Source: an uncultured Dictyoglomota bacterium (lineage in GTDB: Bacteria > Dictyoglomota > Dictyoglomia > Dictyoglomales > Dictyoglomaceae). Taken from it: 64,000 nucleotides of DNA. Below, piece after piece: positions 1 through 10,203 of the stretch. The notes beneath the pieces are model-generated. The model was not told the origin of the DNA and searched no databases. It saw nothing but the letters and a program-made list of their open reading frames with translations. Position numbers and translations under genes: made by a program. Each line of letters begins with the position of its first letter. Positions within the stretch are counted from its first letter, which is position 1. The stretch is taken from the NCBI GenBank assembly GCA_964654465.1, contig CAZZIO010000040.1, positions 190,037 to 254,036 of the forward strand, read 5' to 3'.

Positions 1-948
1 CTCATCTATATGATGTGGGGCATGATCTGTAGCAATAACATCTATAATATCTGACTCTAATGCTTCCCAAAGCACTTCCTGATCTTTCTCTGTTCTTAAA
101 GGAGGATTCATTTTAGTATTTGTATCATATCCACTTTCTTTAACATAATCCTCGGTAAGAACTAAATGATGAGGAGTAACCTCACATGTTACATTTATAC
201 CTTTTTCCTTTCCCCATCTGATCATTTCAACACTTTGCCAACAAGATATGTGGGCCAAATGTAATTTTCCCTCTGTCAATGATGCAAGAAAAATATCTCT
301 TGCTACTATACTAGCCTCTGCTACCCATGGCATCCCTTTTAATCCAAGGACTATAGCAGTTTTTCCCCAATTCATACTGCCTTCGGAGGTTAAGTTAGTA
401 TCTTCCGCATGTTCTATGATAGGAACATCAAAGGCCTTTGCATATTCTAAAGCACATCTTAATACTTCACTATTCAATACACATTTTCCATCATCTGAAA
501 AAGCTTTAGCACCTGCTAAAAACATATCTCCTATCTCTGAAATCTCTATACCTTCTCTCCCTTTAGTTATAGTTCCAATTGGATATATTCTTGCTAAACC
601 TATAATATTAGATTTTTCATATATATACCTCACAATCATTCTGTTATCTATAGGGGGATTTGTATTAGGCATACAAGCCACAGCAGTAAATCCACCAGCT
701 ACAGCTGCCATTGAACCTGTCTCCAGTGTTTCTTTCCATTCATAACCTGGTTCTCTAAAATGTACATGCATATCTATTAAAGTAGGCACAACAACTTTAT
801 TCTTACCATCCACAATCTCCACATTTTGGTCCAAATTTAACTCTTTTCCAATACCTCTAATATGACCGTCTTCTATGTATAGATCTCCAATCTCCTCTTT
901 ATTTTTATCTGTATGTAACAAAATAGCATTCTTAATTAATATTTTCAT
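1..948 (-). CDS. pyrC: Dihydroorotase (3' end runs off the window)
   Basis: Not in the ORF track; translated by hand from the ATG at 948: MKILIKNA...[18 protein letters not shown]...[15 protein letters not shown]...[10 protein letters not shown]. Has the amidohydrolase HxH and DHAPH motifs and overlaps the pyrB stop. Confidence 0.95.
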   Translation of the reverse strand, partial: MKILIKNAILLHTDKNKEEIGDLYIEDGHIRGIGKELNLDQNVEIVDGKNKVVVPTLIDMHVHFREPGYEWKETLETGSMAAVAGGFTAVACMPNTNPPIDNRMIVRYIYEKSNIIGLARIYPIGTITKGREGIEISEIGDMFLAGAKAFSDDGKCVLNSEVLRCALEYAKAFDVPIIEHAEDTNLTSEGSMNWGKTAIVLGLKGMPWVAEASIVARDIFLASLTEGKLHLAHISCWQSVEMIRWGKEKGINVTCEVTPHHLVLTEDYVKESGYDTNTKMNPPLRTEKDQEVLWEALESDIIDVIATDHAPHHIDE

Positions 949-1867
949 CTGACCTACCTCCCAACATAAGATAAAGAAGCGCCATTCTTACTGCTACACC
1001 ATTCGTTACCTGTTCATTAATCAAAGATAACGTACTATCGGCAACTTCTGAAGATATCTCTACACCCCTATTCATAGGACCAGGATGCATAATTAAAACA
1101 TCTTTTTTAGCCTTTTTTAAACGCTCTTCTGTAACTCCAAATAAAGCATGATATTCCCTTAAGCTTGGGAAAAGCCCTTTCTTTTGCCTTTCTAACTGAA
1201 GTCTTAAAATATATACAATATCGGCATCTTCAATAGCCTCATCTAAATTATATGTGACTTTAGCATTTAAATAATGAATATCCTTAGGAATTAAAGTAGG
1301 AGGGCCACATACTATAACAGAGCTTCCCAGCTTACTCCAAGCATATATATTAGATCTTGCAACTCTACTATGGAATATATCCCCAACTATAGCTATCTTT
1401 AATCCATCAACTCTATTCTTTTTTTCATAAACGGTAAAAACATCCAAGAGAGCCTGGGTGGGATGTTCATGCATTCCATCACCTGCATTTATAACTTTTG
1501 ACTTTATGTTTTTAGCAATAAAAAGGGGTACCCCAGAAGAACTATGTCTAATAACAAATAATTCTACCCCCATAGCCTCTATAGTCTTAACAGTATCAAG
1601 AAGAGTTTCACCTTTCTGTATACTACTTGTAGATGTTGCAATACTTATAGTATCAGCACTTAAATATTTTGCAGCAAGTTCAAAAGAGGAACGAGTTCTT
1701 GTGCTTGGTTCATAAAAAAGAGTACATATGGTTCTTCCTCTCAAAGTTGGTACTTTTTTAATCCTTCTATTCAATATATCTTTCATAGACTTTGCTGTTT
1801 CAATAATTAGTTCAATCTCCTCCTTTTTAAGTTCTTCAATACCTATTAAATCTTTTCTATCCCACAT
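932..1867 (-). CDS. pyrB: Aspartate carbamoyltransferase catalytic subunit
   Basis: [23 protein letters not shown] and [11 protein letters not shown] motifs. Start moved from 1885 to the ATG at 1867 (MWDRK), which follows a GGAGG. Confidence 0.96.
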   Translation of the reverse strand: MWDRKDLIGIEELKKEEIELIIETAKSMKDILNRRIKKVPTLRGRTICTLFYEPSTRTRSSFELAAKYLSADTISIATSTSSIQKGETLLDTVKTIEAMGVELFVIRHSSSGVPLFIAKNIKSKVINAGDGMHEHPTQALLDVFTVYEKKNRVDGLKIAIVGDIFHSRVARSNIYAWSKLGSSVIVCGPPTLIPKDIHYLNAKVTYNLDEAIEDADIVYILRLQLERQKKGLFPSLREYHALFGVTEERLKKAKKDVLIMHPGPMNRGVEISSEVADSTLSLINEQVTNGVAVRMALLYLMLGGRSDENIN

Positions 1868-1869
1868 TA

Positions 1870-2496
<627 letters not shown>

Positions 2497-2537
2497 CTTT
2501 ATAATCATTTATTTTTAATATTTTTTTCAATTTTCCT

Positions 2538-2570
2538 CCCTTTTTAGCCTCACTGGGCTAAATTAAAGGA
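2538..2570 (-). promoter_or_regulatory. PyrR RNA-binding loop (anti-antiterminator)
   Basis: Minus strand TCCTTTAATTTAGCCCAGTGAGGCTAAAAAGGG matches the PyrR site pattern (UUUAA plus ARUCCNGNGAGGYU, one mismatch) and is closed by CCUUU/AAAGG. Confidence 0.88.
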
Positions 2571-2577
2571 CCAATGT

Positions 2578-2606
2578 ATTATAAAAAATAAAAGACTAAG
2601 TGTCAA
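2578..2606 (-). promoter_or_regulatory. Sigma70/SigA promoter of the pyr operon
   Basis: Exact TTGACA (2606-2601), 17 bp spacer, TATAAT (2583-2578), immediately upstream of the PyrR site. Confidence 0.9.
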
Positions 2607-2612
2607 TTAAAA

Positions 2613-3650
2613 CTAATGATTTATAAATTCCTCAACAATCTCTTTTTTACATGTATTTTGTAAGATTTTCAGTTCATTAAATCTCTTATACAAACAAGAA
2701 AAAATAATAGCTATTGACTCATGTACACCATAAGTAGGATCTGGATCTGTTGCTTCATGTATTGATATCTTTAATTTATGGTCATTAAGATAAAGAGAGA
2801 TAAAAAACCTTTGTTTTAGGGAACCTTCTACTACGACAGTATCAATCAATATTTCATTTTTCCTTGAATAGAAACTTATATAATTAATTATCTTGTTATC
2901 CTTTTCATATATACCCTTAGGAAGAATGTTTAGAACTTCTTCTATTTTAAGATCTTTTTTTAATTCCATAATTATATAAGGCATAATAATCTCCTCCTTC
3001 TTTAACTTCAAAAGAGGATAAAAATCCTTAATCCATAACGGCATCTCTATTGTTTCCAATTTTTTATAGCCTATATAATAGATGGGAAGCCCAATAGATA
3101 TCCATTTTCTTGCATATTTCGTTTTATAATATTCAGGAAAATCGCTTATTATGCTTTTTTCCCATAAAGGTTTAAAAACTCCTATTTTTTCAAAAATATC
3201 TACAGTATAATTAGCATAATCTAAACTATCTGTCGCCATAATAAAATGCCCTTCTATTTCTAACCTATCTCCTAAGAGATAAATAAAAGCATCGTTTATA
3301 ATTCTTCTTTCTTTATGGGATTTTTTTGGCCAAGGATCAGGAAAATTCATATAGACAGCCTTTAAAGATTGGGAGTTAAATAGTTTGCAGAGAGCTTTAG
3401 CTCCTTCTATTCTTACAATTCTCAGATTTTCTAAATTGGCTTTATTTACTTTCCTTTCAGCTTTTTTAAGAATTTCTTTGGATACATCTATACCAATAAC
3501 GTTAATATGTGGATTATTTTGAGCAAGCCATATAGAAAACTCCCCATTCCCCATTCCAATTTCCAAGTAGAGAGGAGCTCTCTTTCCAAATATACTTTCC
3601 CAATCTGGAAAAAATCCTAAATCTTTCTCTTTTAATAATAAACTCTCCAT
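2613..3650 (-). CDS. trmB: tRNA (guanine-N7)-methyltransferase with C-terminal extension
   Basis: LEIGMGNGEF, NFPDPWPKKSHKERRI, ATD and TKYARKW motifs. At 345 aa it is longer than the ~200-240 aa core. Confidence 0.9.
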   Translation of the reverse strand: MESLLLKEKDLGFFPDWESIFGKRAPLYLEIGMGNGEFSIWLAQNNPHINVIGIDVSKEILKKAERKVNKANLENLRIVRIEGAKALCKLFNSQSLKAVYMNFPDPWPKKSHKERRIINDAFIYLLGDRLEIEGHFIMATDSLDYANYTVDIFEKIGVFKPLWEKSIISDFPEYYKTKYARKWISIGLPIYYIGYKKLETIEMPLWIKDFYPLLKLKKEEIIMPYIIMELKKDLKIEEVLNILPKGIYEKDNKIINYISFYSRKNEILIDTVVVEGSLKQRFFISLYLNDHKLKISIHEATDPDPTYGVHESIAIIFSCLYKRFNELKILQNTCKKEIVEEFINH

Positions 3651-3699
3651 ATTAAATGTTATGATATACTAATTTATAATTTGTGAAAAGGAGGTTAAA

Positions 3700-4470
3700 A
3701 TGAAAGAAAAAAGAGAGCCGATAGTATTAGAGAATTTCGGACAAAAAATTTTTGGAGTCCTTCATATACCCGAAAAAACACCTGCTCCTTTTGTGCTCTT
3801 TTGTCATGGTTTTACAGGTACAAAAGTAGAACCTCATAGAATTTTTGTAAATACAGCAGAAGCTCTTTCAAAAGAGGGAATTGGTGTATTGAGAATTGAT
3901 TTTCGTGGTTCTGGAGACAGTGAGGGTTCTTTCAAAGATATGACTGTGGAAGGTGAAGTCTCAGATGCTCTCATAGCTCTTGATTTTCTTAGACAAAATA
4001 ATTTAGTAGACAAGGAAAGAATAGGTATATTAGGTCTATCTATGGGTGGAGCAGTGGCCAGTATCGCTTCTGGAAGAAGTTCTATTGTAAAATCCTGTGT
4101 TTTGTGGTCCGCTGTATGTCATTTTGATATATTCTTTAACAGATCCCCAGAAGAAATGCAAAAAATTAAAGATTACGGGGATTTTATCGATCTTGGAGGA
4201 AATTCTGTAGGTAAAAAATTTTTAGCTGAAATAGTAGGAATAAAACCATTAGAAGAATTAAAAAAAAGAATATTGCCTGTATTAATTATTCATGGAAGTA
4301 GTGATCCTGTAGTACCAGTACAACATGCCTATGATTATTACGAAGGAATTAAGAAAACTCATAAAGCCAAACTAGAAATAATAGAAGGGGCAGATCATAC
4401 TTTTAACTCCATTGAATGGGAAAGAAAAGTCATAGACAGTACCTTAAAATGGTTTAAAGAGACATTATAA
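3700..4470 (+). CDS. Alpha/beta-fold hydrolase (esterase/peptidase-like)
   Basis: HGFTG, nucleophile elbow GLSMGG, HGSSDPVV and GADH motifs (Ser-Asp-His triad). Confidence 0.88.
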   Translation: MKEKREPIVLENFGQKIFGVLHIPEKTPAPFVLFCHGFTGTKVEPHRIFVNTAEALSKEGIGVLRIDFRGSGDSEGSFKDMTVEGEVSDALIALDFLRQNNLVDKERIGILGLSMGGAVASIASGRSSIVKSCVLWSAVCHFDIFFNRSPEEMQKIKDYGDFIDLGGNSVGKKFLAEIVGIKPLEELKKRILPVLIIHGSSDPVVPVQHAYDYYEGIKKTHKAKLEIIEGADHTFNSIEWERKVIDSTLKWFKETL

Positions 4471-4971
4471 AAAGGTAGATATAATTTCTTCTTTTATTTC
4501 CTTAAAAACCAGATCTCTAGTTTCAGGAGTAAGATAATATGTTTTACCATATTTCTTAAATGCAGTTATAAAGTCCCTATGTAAAGATGCAATTATATTT
4601 TGATCACTATTTAAGATTTCAAAAATCTTATCTCTAAATTTACGAGATAAAAACTCCATTTTCCCTATTTCATCTATAATAAATATATCTCCTTTTTGAC
4701 TAAATATATCCTCTATTATTTTCTCAAAACAATCTATATCTACAAAGTATTTCCCAAACCTATAAAGAGTAACATTATATACAGATGCAAAATTGACTCT
4801 CTCATTTGTTTTCAGTAAAATCATATCAAATCCAATTCTAAATTTTCCATCTCTAACCTCTTCCGTAACAAAACCACAAGTACTTATATTCCTTTCCCTA
4901 CAAAAGGCATCAACCCTCTTAAGTAAAGTAGTCTTTCCAACTCCAGGCTGTCCTGTCACAAAAATTTTCAT
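4465..4971 (-). CDS. Nucleoside triphosphatase (NTPase_1/THEP1 family)
   Basis: KIFVTGQPGVGKTT Walker A, GFVTEEVR..RIGF and IIDEIGKME. The start could instead be 4995. Confidence 0.88.
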   Translation of the reverse strand: MKIFVTGQPGVGKTTLLKRVDAFCRERNISTCGFVTEEVRDGKFRIGFDMILLKTNERVNFASVYNVTLYRFGKYFVDIDCFEKIIEDIFSQKGDIFIIDEIGKMEFLSRKFRDKIFEILNSDQNIIASLHRDFITAFKKYGKTYYLTPETRDLVFKEIKEEIISTFL

Positions 4972-5026
4972 CCTTGATTCACCATTGAATCTCATAAGTT
5001 TTTGTATTATAACATAAAAGAGTTAA

Positions 5027-6415
5027 ATGTATATTACAATAGATCTTGGAACCACAAATTTAAAAATAATTTTGTGGAACCATAAAGGAAAAATAGAAAA
5101 AAAGACAATTTTTCCTACTCCAATCTCATCTGACTATACAATTGATCCCTTAAAGATCATCCATCACCTCAATGATTTCTTCTCTAATTTAGAAAGAAAA
5201 TACAAAAAGGATATACAGGGTATAGCTGTTGGAGGAATGGGCGAAGCAGGTTTACTTATAGATAAATATGGAAATCCATTAACTCCAATCTTTTCATGGT
5301 TAAATGATAAGGGAAAAGAAGAAATAAAAATCCTCGAAAGTATTGGCAAAAAAGATGTATTTTATATCACTGGACTTAAAGTTCATCATAAATATTCATT
5401 GGCAAAGATTTTATGGCTTCAAAAAAAGGAAAAAGATATTTGGATGAAAGCATACAAATGGATAAATGCTGTGGACTTTATTAACTTTTATTTAAGTAAA
5501 AAATTAGTTACAGATTATTCTCTTGCTAGCAGAATGCTTCTCTTTGACATAAATAAAAAAACTTGGTCTGAAGAAATTTTAGGATTATGTAACATATCAC
5601 CTGAAAAATTACCTGATATTAAACCTACAGGATCTATAATTGGTGAAATTGATATCTTTATTAAAAATAAATTCTCATTAAATACATTTCCCATTATATT
5701 AGGCGGGCATGATCATCCCATAGGAAGCCTTATTTATAATCTTCAAAACTCAATATTTGATTCCTGGGGAACAGCTGAGGCCTTTATACTACACACTGAA
5801 AAACCTTTACTAAAAGAAGCAGTAAGAGAATTAGGGTTCTCGGTGGGATGCATAAAAAACTTCTATTATTTAATAGCAGGAATACACTTTTCGGGAGGAA
5901 TATTAAAATGGTTAAAAGATAATATGAAATGGAAATTAATCATTGAAGAATACACTCCAACTAATGTCCTATTTTTTCCATTCTTGTTAGGTAAAGATTC
6001 AAGAAAATATAAGGAAAACATTAAGGCAATTTTTTATGGGATAGATTTAAATACTCAGATAAAAGACCTTATCAAGGCAGTATGGGAAGGAGTTTTTTAT
6101 GAAAGTAGATATATATTAGAAAACATTGAAAATTTGGAAATACCAATAGAGAGAATCTATTTAAGTGGAGGTATGAGTAGATTTAAAAAAATCATTAAAT
6201 TAAAAGCAAATATATTAAACAAACCTATATATATTTCAAAAGAAAAGGAATCTACCTCAAAAGGTTTAGCACTTCTTATTGCTGAAAATTCAAATGTGGA
6301 AAATACAAAAAATTTTAAGGATTCTCCCTTTGATATTATATCACCAACATCTTCAAAGATTTTTGAGGATAATTATATAAGATACAAAAAAATCAGGGGG
6401 CTCCTGGGAGTATAG
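5027..6415 (+). CDS. FGGY-family carbohydrate kinase
   Basis: IDLGTTNLK, TDYSLASR, GGHDH, SWGT and LSGG motifs. Confidence 0.88.
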   Translation: MYITIDLGTTNLKIILWNHKGKIEKKTIFPTPISSDYTIDPLKIIHHLNDFFSNLERKYKKDIQGIAVGGMGEAGLLIDKYGNPLTPIFSWLNDKGKEEIKILESIGKKDVFYITGLKVHHKYSLAKILWLQKKEKDIWMKAYKWINAVDFINFYLSKKLVTDYSLASRMLLFDINKKTWSEEILGLCNISPEKLPDIKPTGSIIGEIDIFIKNKFSLNTFPIILGGHDHPIGSLIYNLQNSIFDSWGTAEAFILHTEKPLLKEAVRELGFSVGCIKNFYYLIAGIHFSGGILKWLKDNMKWKLIIEEYTPTNVLFFPFLLGKDSRKYKENIKAIFYGIDLNTQIKDLIKAVWEGVFYESRYILENIENLEIPIERIYLSGGMSRFKKIIKLKANILNKPIYISKEKESTSKGLALLIAENSNVENTKNFKDSPFDIISPTSSKIFEDNYIRYKKIRGLLGV

Positions 6416-6428
6416 CCAGAAGCCCCTC
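6386..6428 (-). terminator. Intrinsic terminator downstream of the SBP gene, between convergent genes
   Basis: Minus strand reads GGGGCTTCTGG-CTATACTC-CCAGGAGCCCC-CTGATTTTTTT. Confidence 0.7.
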
Positions 6429-6436
6429 TCTTTAGA

Positions 6437-7765
6437 TTATTTCAAACCTTCAAGAATTGCATTAATTGTTGCTTCAAACTTAGGTTTTAATGATTTTATA
6501 GACTTGGCAGGATTTGCTGGGTCAATCTGATCCATAAGCTCATTGAATCCAGGAATACCGGCAGCAGGATTAATAACTGTTCTTGTAGATGCGTCTATAA
6601 GTAAGTCATAAATCTCTTTTCCACCAACTCTCTCTATTTGATCTTTTACTATTAATTCCTTCTCTTTGTCTGTTGGCATTAGCATCCATATTAAGTATAA
6701 TGCTGCAAGTTCTGGATCCTTAGAAGAAGAAGCAATAGCCCATGCTGCATCATCACCTTCATCAGCACTTTTCTTCTTACTATCAGGCCCCTTTGGGAAT
6801 GGAACTATTCCAAGCTTCTTACCAAGGGCATTCCTCATATTAGTTAAATCCCATGGACCCCAATAATCCATACAGGTTATCCCTTTTTGAAATCTTCCTT
6901 GTGGATCTGTCCACCAGTCAGCAGGTCTCATCTTATATTTTGCATCCATATCATACAAGGCTTGGAATGCTCTATATGCCTTAGGATCATCTAAATTAAA
7001 TACAGGCCTACCACCTATATACTTTATAGGTAAAACATCGTTAGTCCATAAGAAAGGATGATAAGTTCTCCAACTTGCATAGGCATACTGATCTATTTTT
7101 CCATCACCATTGGTATCTTGTGTAAGTTGCTTCCCTAATTCAAAGAAGGTATCCCATGTCCATTTACCCTGCTTATACAACTCTAATGGATCTGGTAACC
7201 CTGCCATCTCAAATTTCTCTTTATTATAGTAAAGAATATATGGAAATACATTATCATTATATATATTTGTTACTGCATAAATTTGTCCTCTCCATGTGAA
7301 ATAATCTAAAATATTTTTCCTAAAACCTACAGCGTTCCAAAGATTTTTATCCTTAAAATTAATATACCTATCAAGAGGAAGAAGCATCTTCTTCATCATC
7401 CAAGTAGGTTTCTGTCTACTATCTATGTATACAATATCGGCTCCAGATCCAGACAAAATAGCAGCAGTTTGTTTTTCCACCTTGGTTTCCCATGTTACAT
7501 ATACAATTTTCACCTTTGCTCCAGTTATTTTTTCAAACTCTTCCCTTGATTGTTTAGGAGATCTTACACCAGGGATGTCACTTTTTTCCACCTCAGGCCA
7601 ATGTTGCCAAACATAAATAGTTTTACCTCTATACTTTTGTGTATCAATATTCAATGTATAATTCCCAACTTTTACTGTATATACTCTTTGCCCAAAGCCC
7701 GGGACAAAAGTCACAAAAGAAAAGAAAACTATAAAGAACAAAATAAACAGAGATTTTTTACTCAT
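6437..7765 (-). CDS. Sugar ABC transporter solute-binding protein (paralog A)
   Basis: Signal peptide without a lipobox; LYYNKEKFEMAGLPDP...WTWD, DTNGDGKIDQY and VPFPKGP motifs. Close paralog of 21160-22485. Confidence 0.9.
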   Translation of the reverse strand: MSKKSLFILFFIVFFSFVTFVPGFGQRVYTVKVGNYTLNIDTQKYRGKTIYVWQHWPEVEKSDIPGVRSPKQSREEFEKITGAKVKIVYVTWETKVEKQTAAILSGSGADIVYIDSRQKPTWMMKKMLLPLDRYINFKDKNLWNAVGFRKNILDYFTWRGQIYAVTNIYNDNVFPYILYYNKEKFEMAGLPDPLELYKQGKWTWDTFFELGKQLTQDTNGDGKIDQYAYASWRTYHPFLWTNDVLPIKYIGGRPVFNLDDPKAYRAFQALYDMDAKYKMRPADWWTDPQGRFQKGITCMDYWGPWDLTNMRNALGKKLGIVPFPKGPDSKKKSADEGDDAAWAIASSSKDPELAALYLIWMLMPTDKEKELIVKDQIERVGGKEIYDLLIDASTRTVINPAAGIPGFNELMDQIDPANPAKSIKSLKPKFEATINAILEGLK

Positions 7766-7942
7766 TCTTTAACCTCCCCTTTAATAAATTTAAATTAAAA
7801 GATATTTAAGTTTAAAAAGTTTTAATTCTTTCCGTATACCCCCTTTCTTTTGTAAATAGTTTCCATCGTGTTTGTTTACATAGTACATCATTTGAAAATA
7901 ATAACTAACATTATATTGACCTGAAATTGCAAAAATTTGCTC

Positions 7943-9589
7943 TCATAATACTGGTACAGTAGTATCCAATATCACACCTTCTGGGAAAAATTCAAAAATT
8001 ATTTTTAGATTTGTTCCACTCTGAAGATTTTCAAAAACTTGCTTTCTTATAACCACTTGTGATTCAACAACATTAAAGTCATCCCAACCTCTAAGATAAG
8101 GAGTCCATGAATCTCTAATAGGTCTACCAGTTTTGGCATCAAAAATCTTTATCGCACATAATTTTGTACCATTAAAATTAATAAGAAATTTTGCATCCAT
8201 TGGCACTCCACTAATAATATTAAATGGTTTATCTAATAAAACTGGGTCTTTGTATTGAATAATCTCTAAAGGATAGTCTACTCCTTTTGTGAATTTAAAC
8301 ATGAGAATTCCATTTCTTCCATATACACCAGGTTTAATTATTGTTTTTATTAAACTGGATTTCAGTAAAACTTGATCATTCTTAAGCAAAATATAATCTT
8401 TATTTAAATCTAATTTCCTTTCCCCTAAATATATACCTTCCAATTTATTCTCATTCAATTCTAAAGAGATTACTATATCTTTAATCTCTTGTTTCTCTTT
8501 TAAATAAAGTATCCCAGGATTTAAAAAGGCATTAGGATTCCCCATTGAAGCATTAATAATGATTTTCACAAGTACTTCATCCCTCCACATCCTATTTCTC
8601 CTATCATAATTATCAAAACCATTATCCCAATAAAAGGTTGCCATCTTATATTTTTTAGCTGTTCTTATAAGGTTATCAATAAAATACCACTCTGCTGGTT
8701 TATTCCCATTAGATACTCCAAACTCACCAATTATAAAAGCATGATTTGGAAATTTTTCTCTAACAATACGAATATCATTATCCATCTGTGCTTTATCTTT
8801 ATTGCTTCCCCATGTTTTCCTTCCCCACCAATTAGCCACAAAATCCCATGGCGAATAATAATGGATACCAATGATTATATTTTCATCCTTTGGAGGTATT
8901 AGGTATTTCTCAGCCTTATATGTATCTGTCAAGAGTGGAGGTATTACTAATAATCTTTTATCATTAAATCCTCCTGAATTTCTTATAAGTTTTAGAATTC
9001 TTTCATTTACTTCATTTTGAATTTTTCCAGCCTCTTCTTCGGAGAACCCCTCATAAGTAGGTTCATTTATTATCTCAAAAATCAGTTTCTCTGAATAATC
9101 CTTAAATCTTTTAGCTATCTGCTCCCACAATTTCTCTAATTTTCTCATTGTTTCTTCCTTATCCTGCTTCATTTCCTTACTTAACCATCTCCAAGAATCA
9201 TGATGAACATTTATTATTACAAAAAGATCCCTTTCAAGAGCCATATTCACAACCTCTTCTACCCTGTTCATCCAAGCCTCATCCACATTATAATCAGGAG
9301 CAGGCCCCATATGATCAACCCATGTAACAGGAATTCTCACACTTTTAAATCCTGTTTTCTTAATATCATCAAAGATGTATCCTTCAGTTTTAGGATTTCC
9401 CCAAGAAGTTTCATCAGGTATGGCATCCAGAGAATTTCCAAGATTCCATCCAGGATCCATTTCTTCTACTGCTTTATGAGGATCAATATAACTAAAACTT
9501 CCCTTATATGAACTTGCATATCCTTGATTACAAAAGATTATTAAGAAGAATAGTAAATTTAGCAAAACTATTACCCCAGTGATTTTCAT
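7943..9589 (-). CDS. Secreted GH5 endoglucanase/xyloglucanase, likely GH5_4 plus Ig-like and CBM46-like modules
   Basis: PGWNLGNSLDA, RIPVTW, INVHHD, FEIINEP (acid/base), HYYSP, IGEFG (nucleophile) and WDNG. The last ~200 aa resemble the Ig+CBM46 tail of Bacillus halodurans Cel5B-type enzymes, judged from memory. Confidence 0.88.
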   Translation of the reverse strand: MKITGVIVLLNLLFFLIIFCNQGYASSYKGSFSYIDPHKAVEEMDPGWNLGNSLDAIPDETSWGNPKTEGYIFDDIKKTGFKSVRIPVTWVDHMGPAPDYNVDEAWMNRVEEVVNMALERDLFVIINVHHDSWRWLSKEMKQDKEETMRKLEKLWEQIAKRFKDYSEKLIFEIINEPTYEGFSEEEAGKIQNEVNERILKLIRNSGGFNDKRLLVIPPLLTDTYKAEKYLIPPKDENIIIGIHYYSPWDFVANWWGRKTWGSNKDKAQMDNDIRIVREKFPNHAFIIGEFGVSNGNKPAEWYFIDNLIRTAKKYKMATFYWDNGFDNYDRRNRMWRDEVLVKIIINASMGNPNAFLNPGILYLKEKQEIKDIVISLELNENKLEGIYLGERKLDLNKDYILLKNDQVLLKSSLIKTIIKPGVYGRNGILMFKFTKGVDYPLEIIQYKDPVLLDKPFNIISGVPMDAKFLINFNGTKLCAIKIFDAKTGRPIRDSWTPYLRGWDDFNVVESQVVIRKQVFENLQSGTNLKIIFEFFPEGVILDTTVPVL

Positions 9590-9600
9590 AATACATCACC

Positions 9601-10179
9601 TTATTTTACAAATTTGATGTCATCCACATACAAAATAGTCTTTCCAGACGGAACCCCAGAAACCTCTATGCTCATCCCCCATATTCTTTTTAGATCTACA
9701 GTAACGAAAGACTTTAAAGGAATTGAAATTTTTGTCCAAGAAGTAGGCACTCCACCTGAAATGGTATATTTTTCAGAATAAACCTCTTTTCCTCCTTTTT
9801 CACTTGGTGCTTCTGCAAGAGTTATTAAAAGATTGTAATTATCAGTTTTCTCAGATTTAATATAAAACTCTAAAGTTTTATATTGAGATAGATCAAATAT
9901 TTTATCTTTATTATCAAAATTCCACTTTGCAAAATTAATTCCCATCCCAGCCCACCAGCTTTCCCAAACAAAGCTGATTTTAAGACTTCTCTTACCAGAA
10001 TATGCAATACCCTCTAATTCTTCAGCCTTACAACCTTCAGGAGCAACCCAAAAACCCAACGAAGACAAATTAGAATTGTCACTCTCTCCATCGTAGATTA
10101 ATAATACATTACCTATTTGAGAAAAAATCAATGTTACGACCATTAAAAAAAGAATAGAAATCTTTAAGAATCTCTTCAT
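9601..10179 (-). CDS. Secreted carbohydrate-binding-module-like beta-sandwich protein
   Basis: Signal peptide; WWAGMGI, DLSQYKTLEFYIK, WTKISIPLKSF and YVDDIKF pattern typical of CBM11/CIA30-like galactose-binding folds. Confidence 0.65.
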   Translation of the reverse strand: MKRFLKISILFLMVVTLIFSQIGNVLLIYDGESDNSNLSSLGFWVAPEGCKAEELEGIAYSGKRSLKISFVWESWWAGMGINFAKWNFDNKDKIFDLSQYKTLEFYIKSEKTDNYNLLITLAEAPSEKGGKEVYSEKYTISGGVPTSWTKISIPLKSFVTVDLKRIWGMSIEVSGVPSGKTILYVDDIKFVK

Positions 10180-10203
10180 ATAAATACCCCCTTTTAATTT
10201 TTT

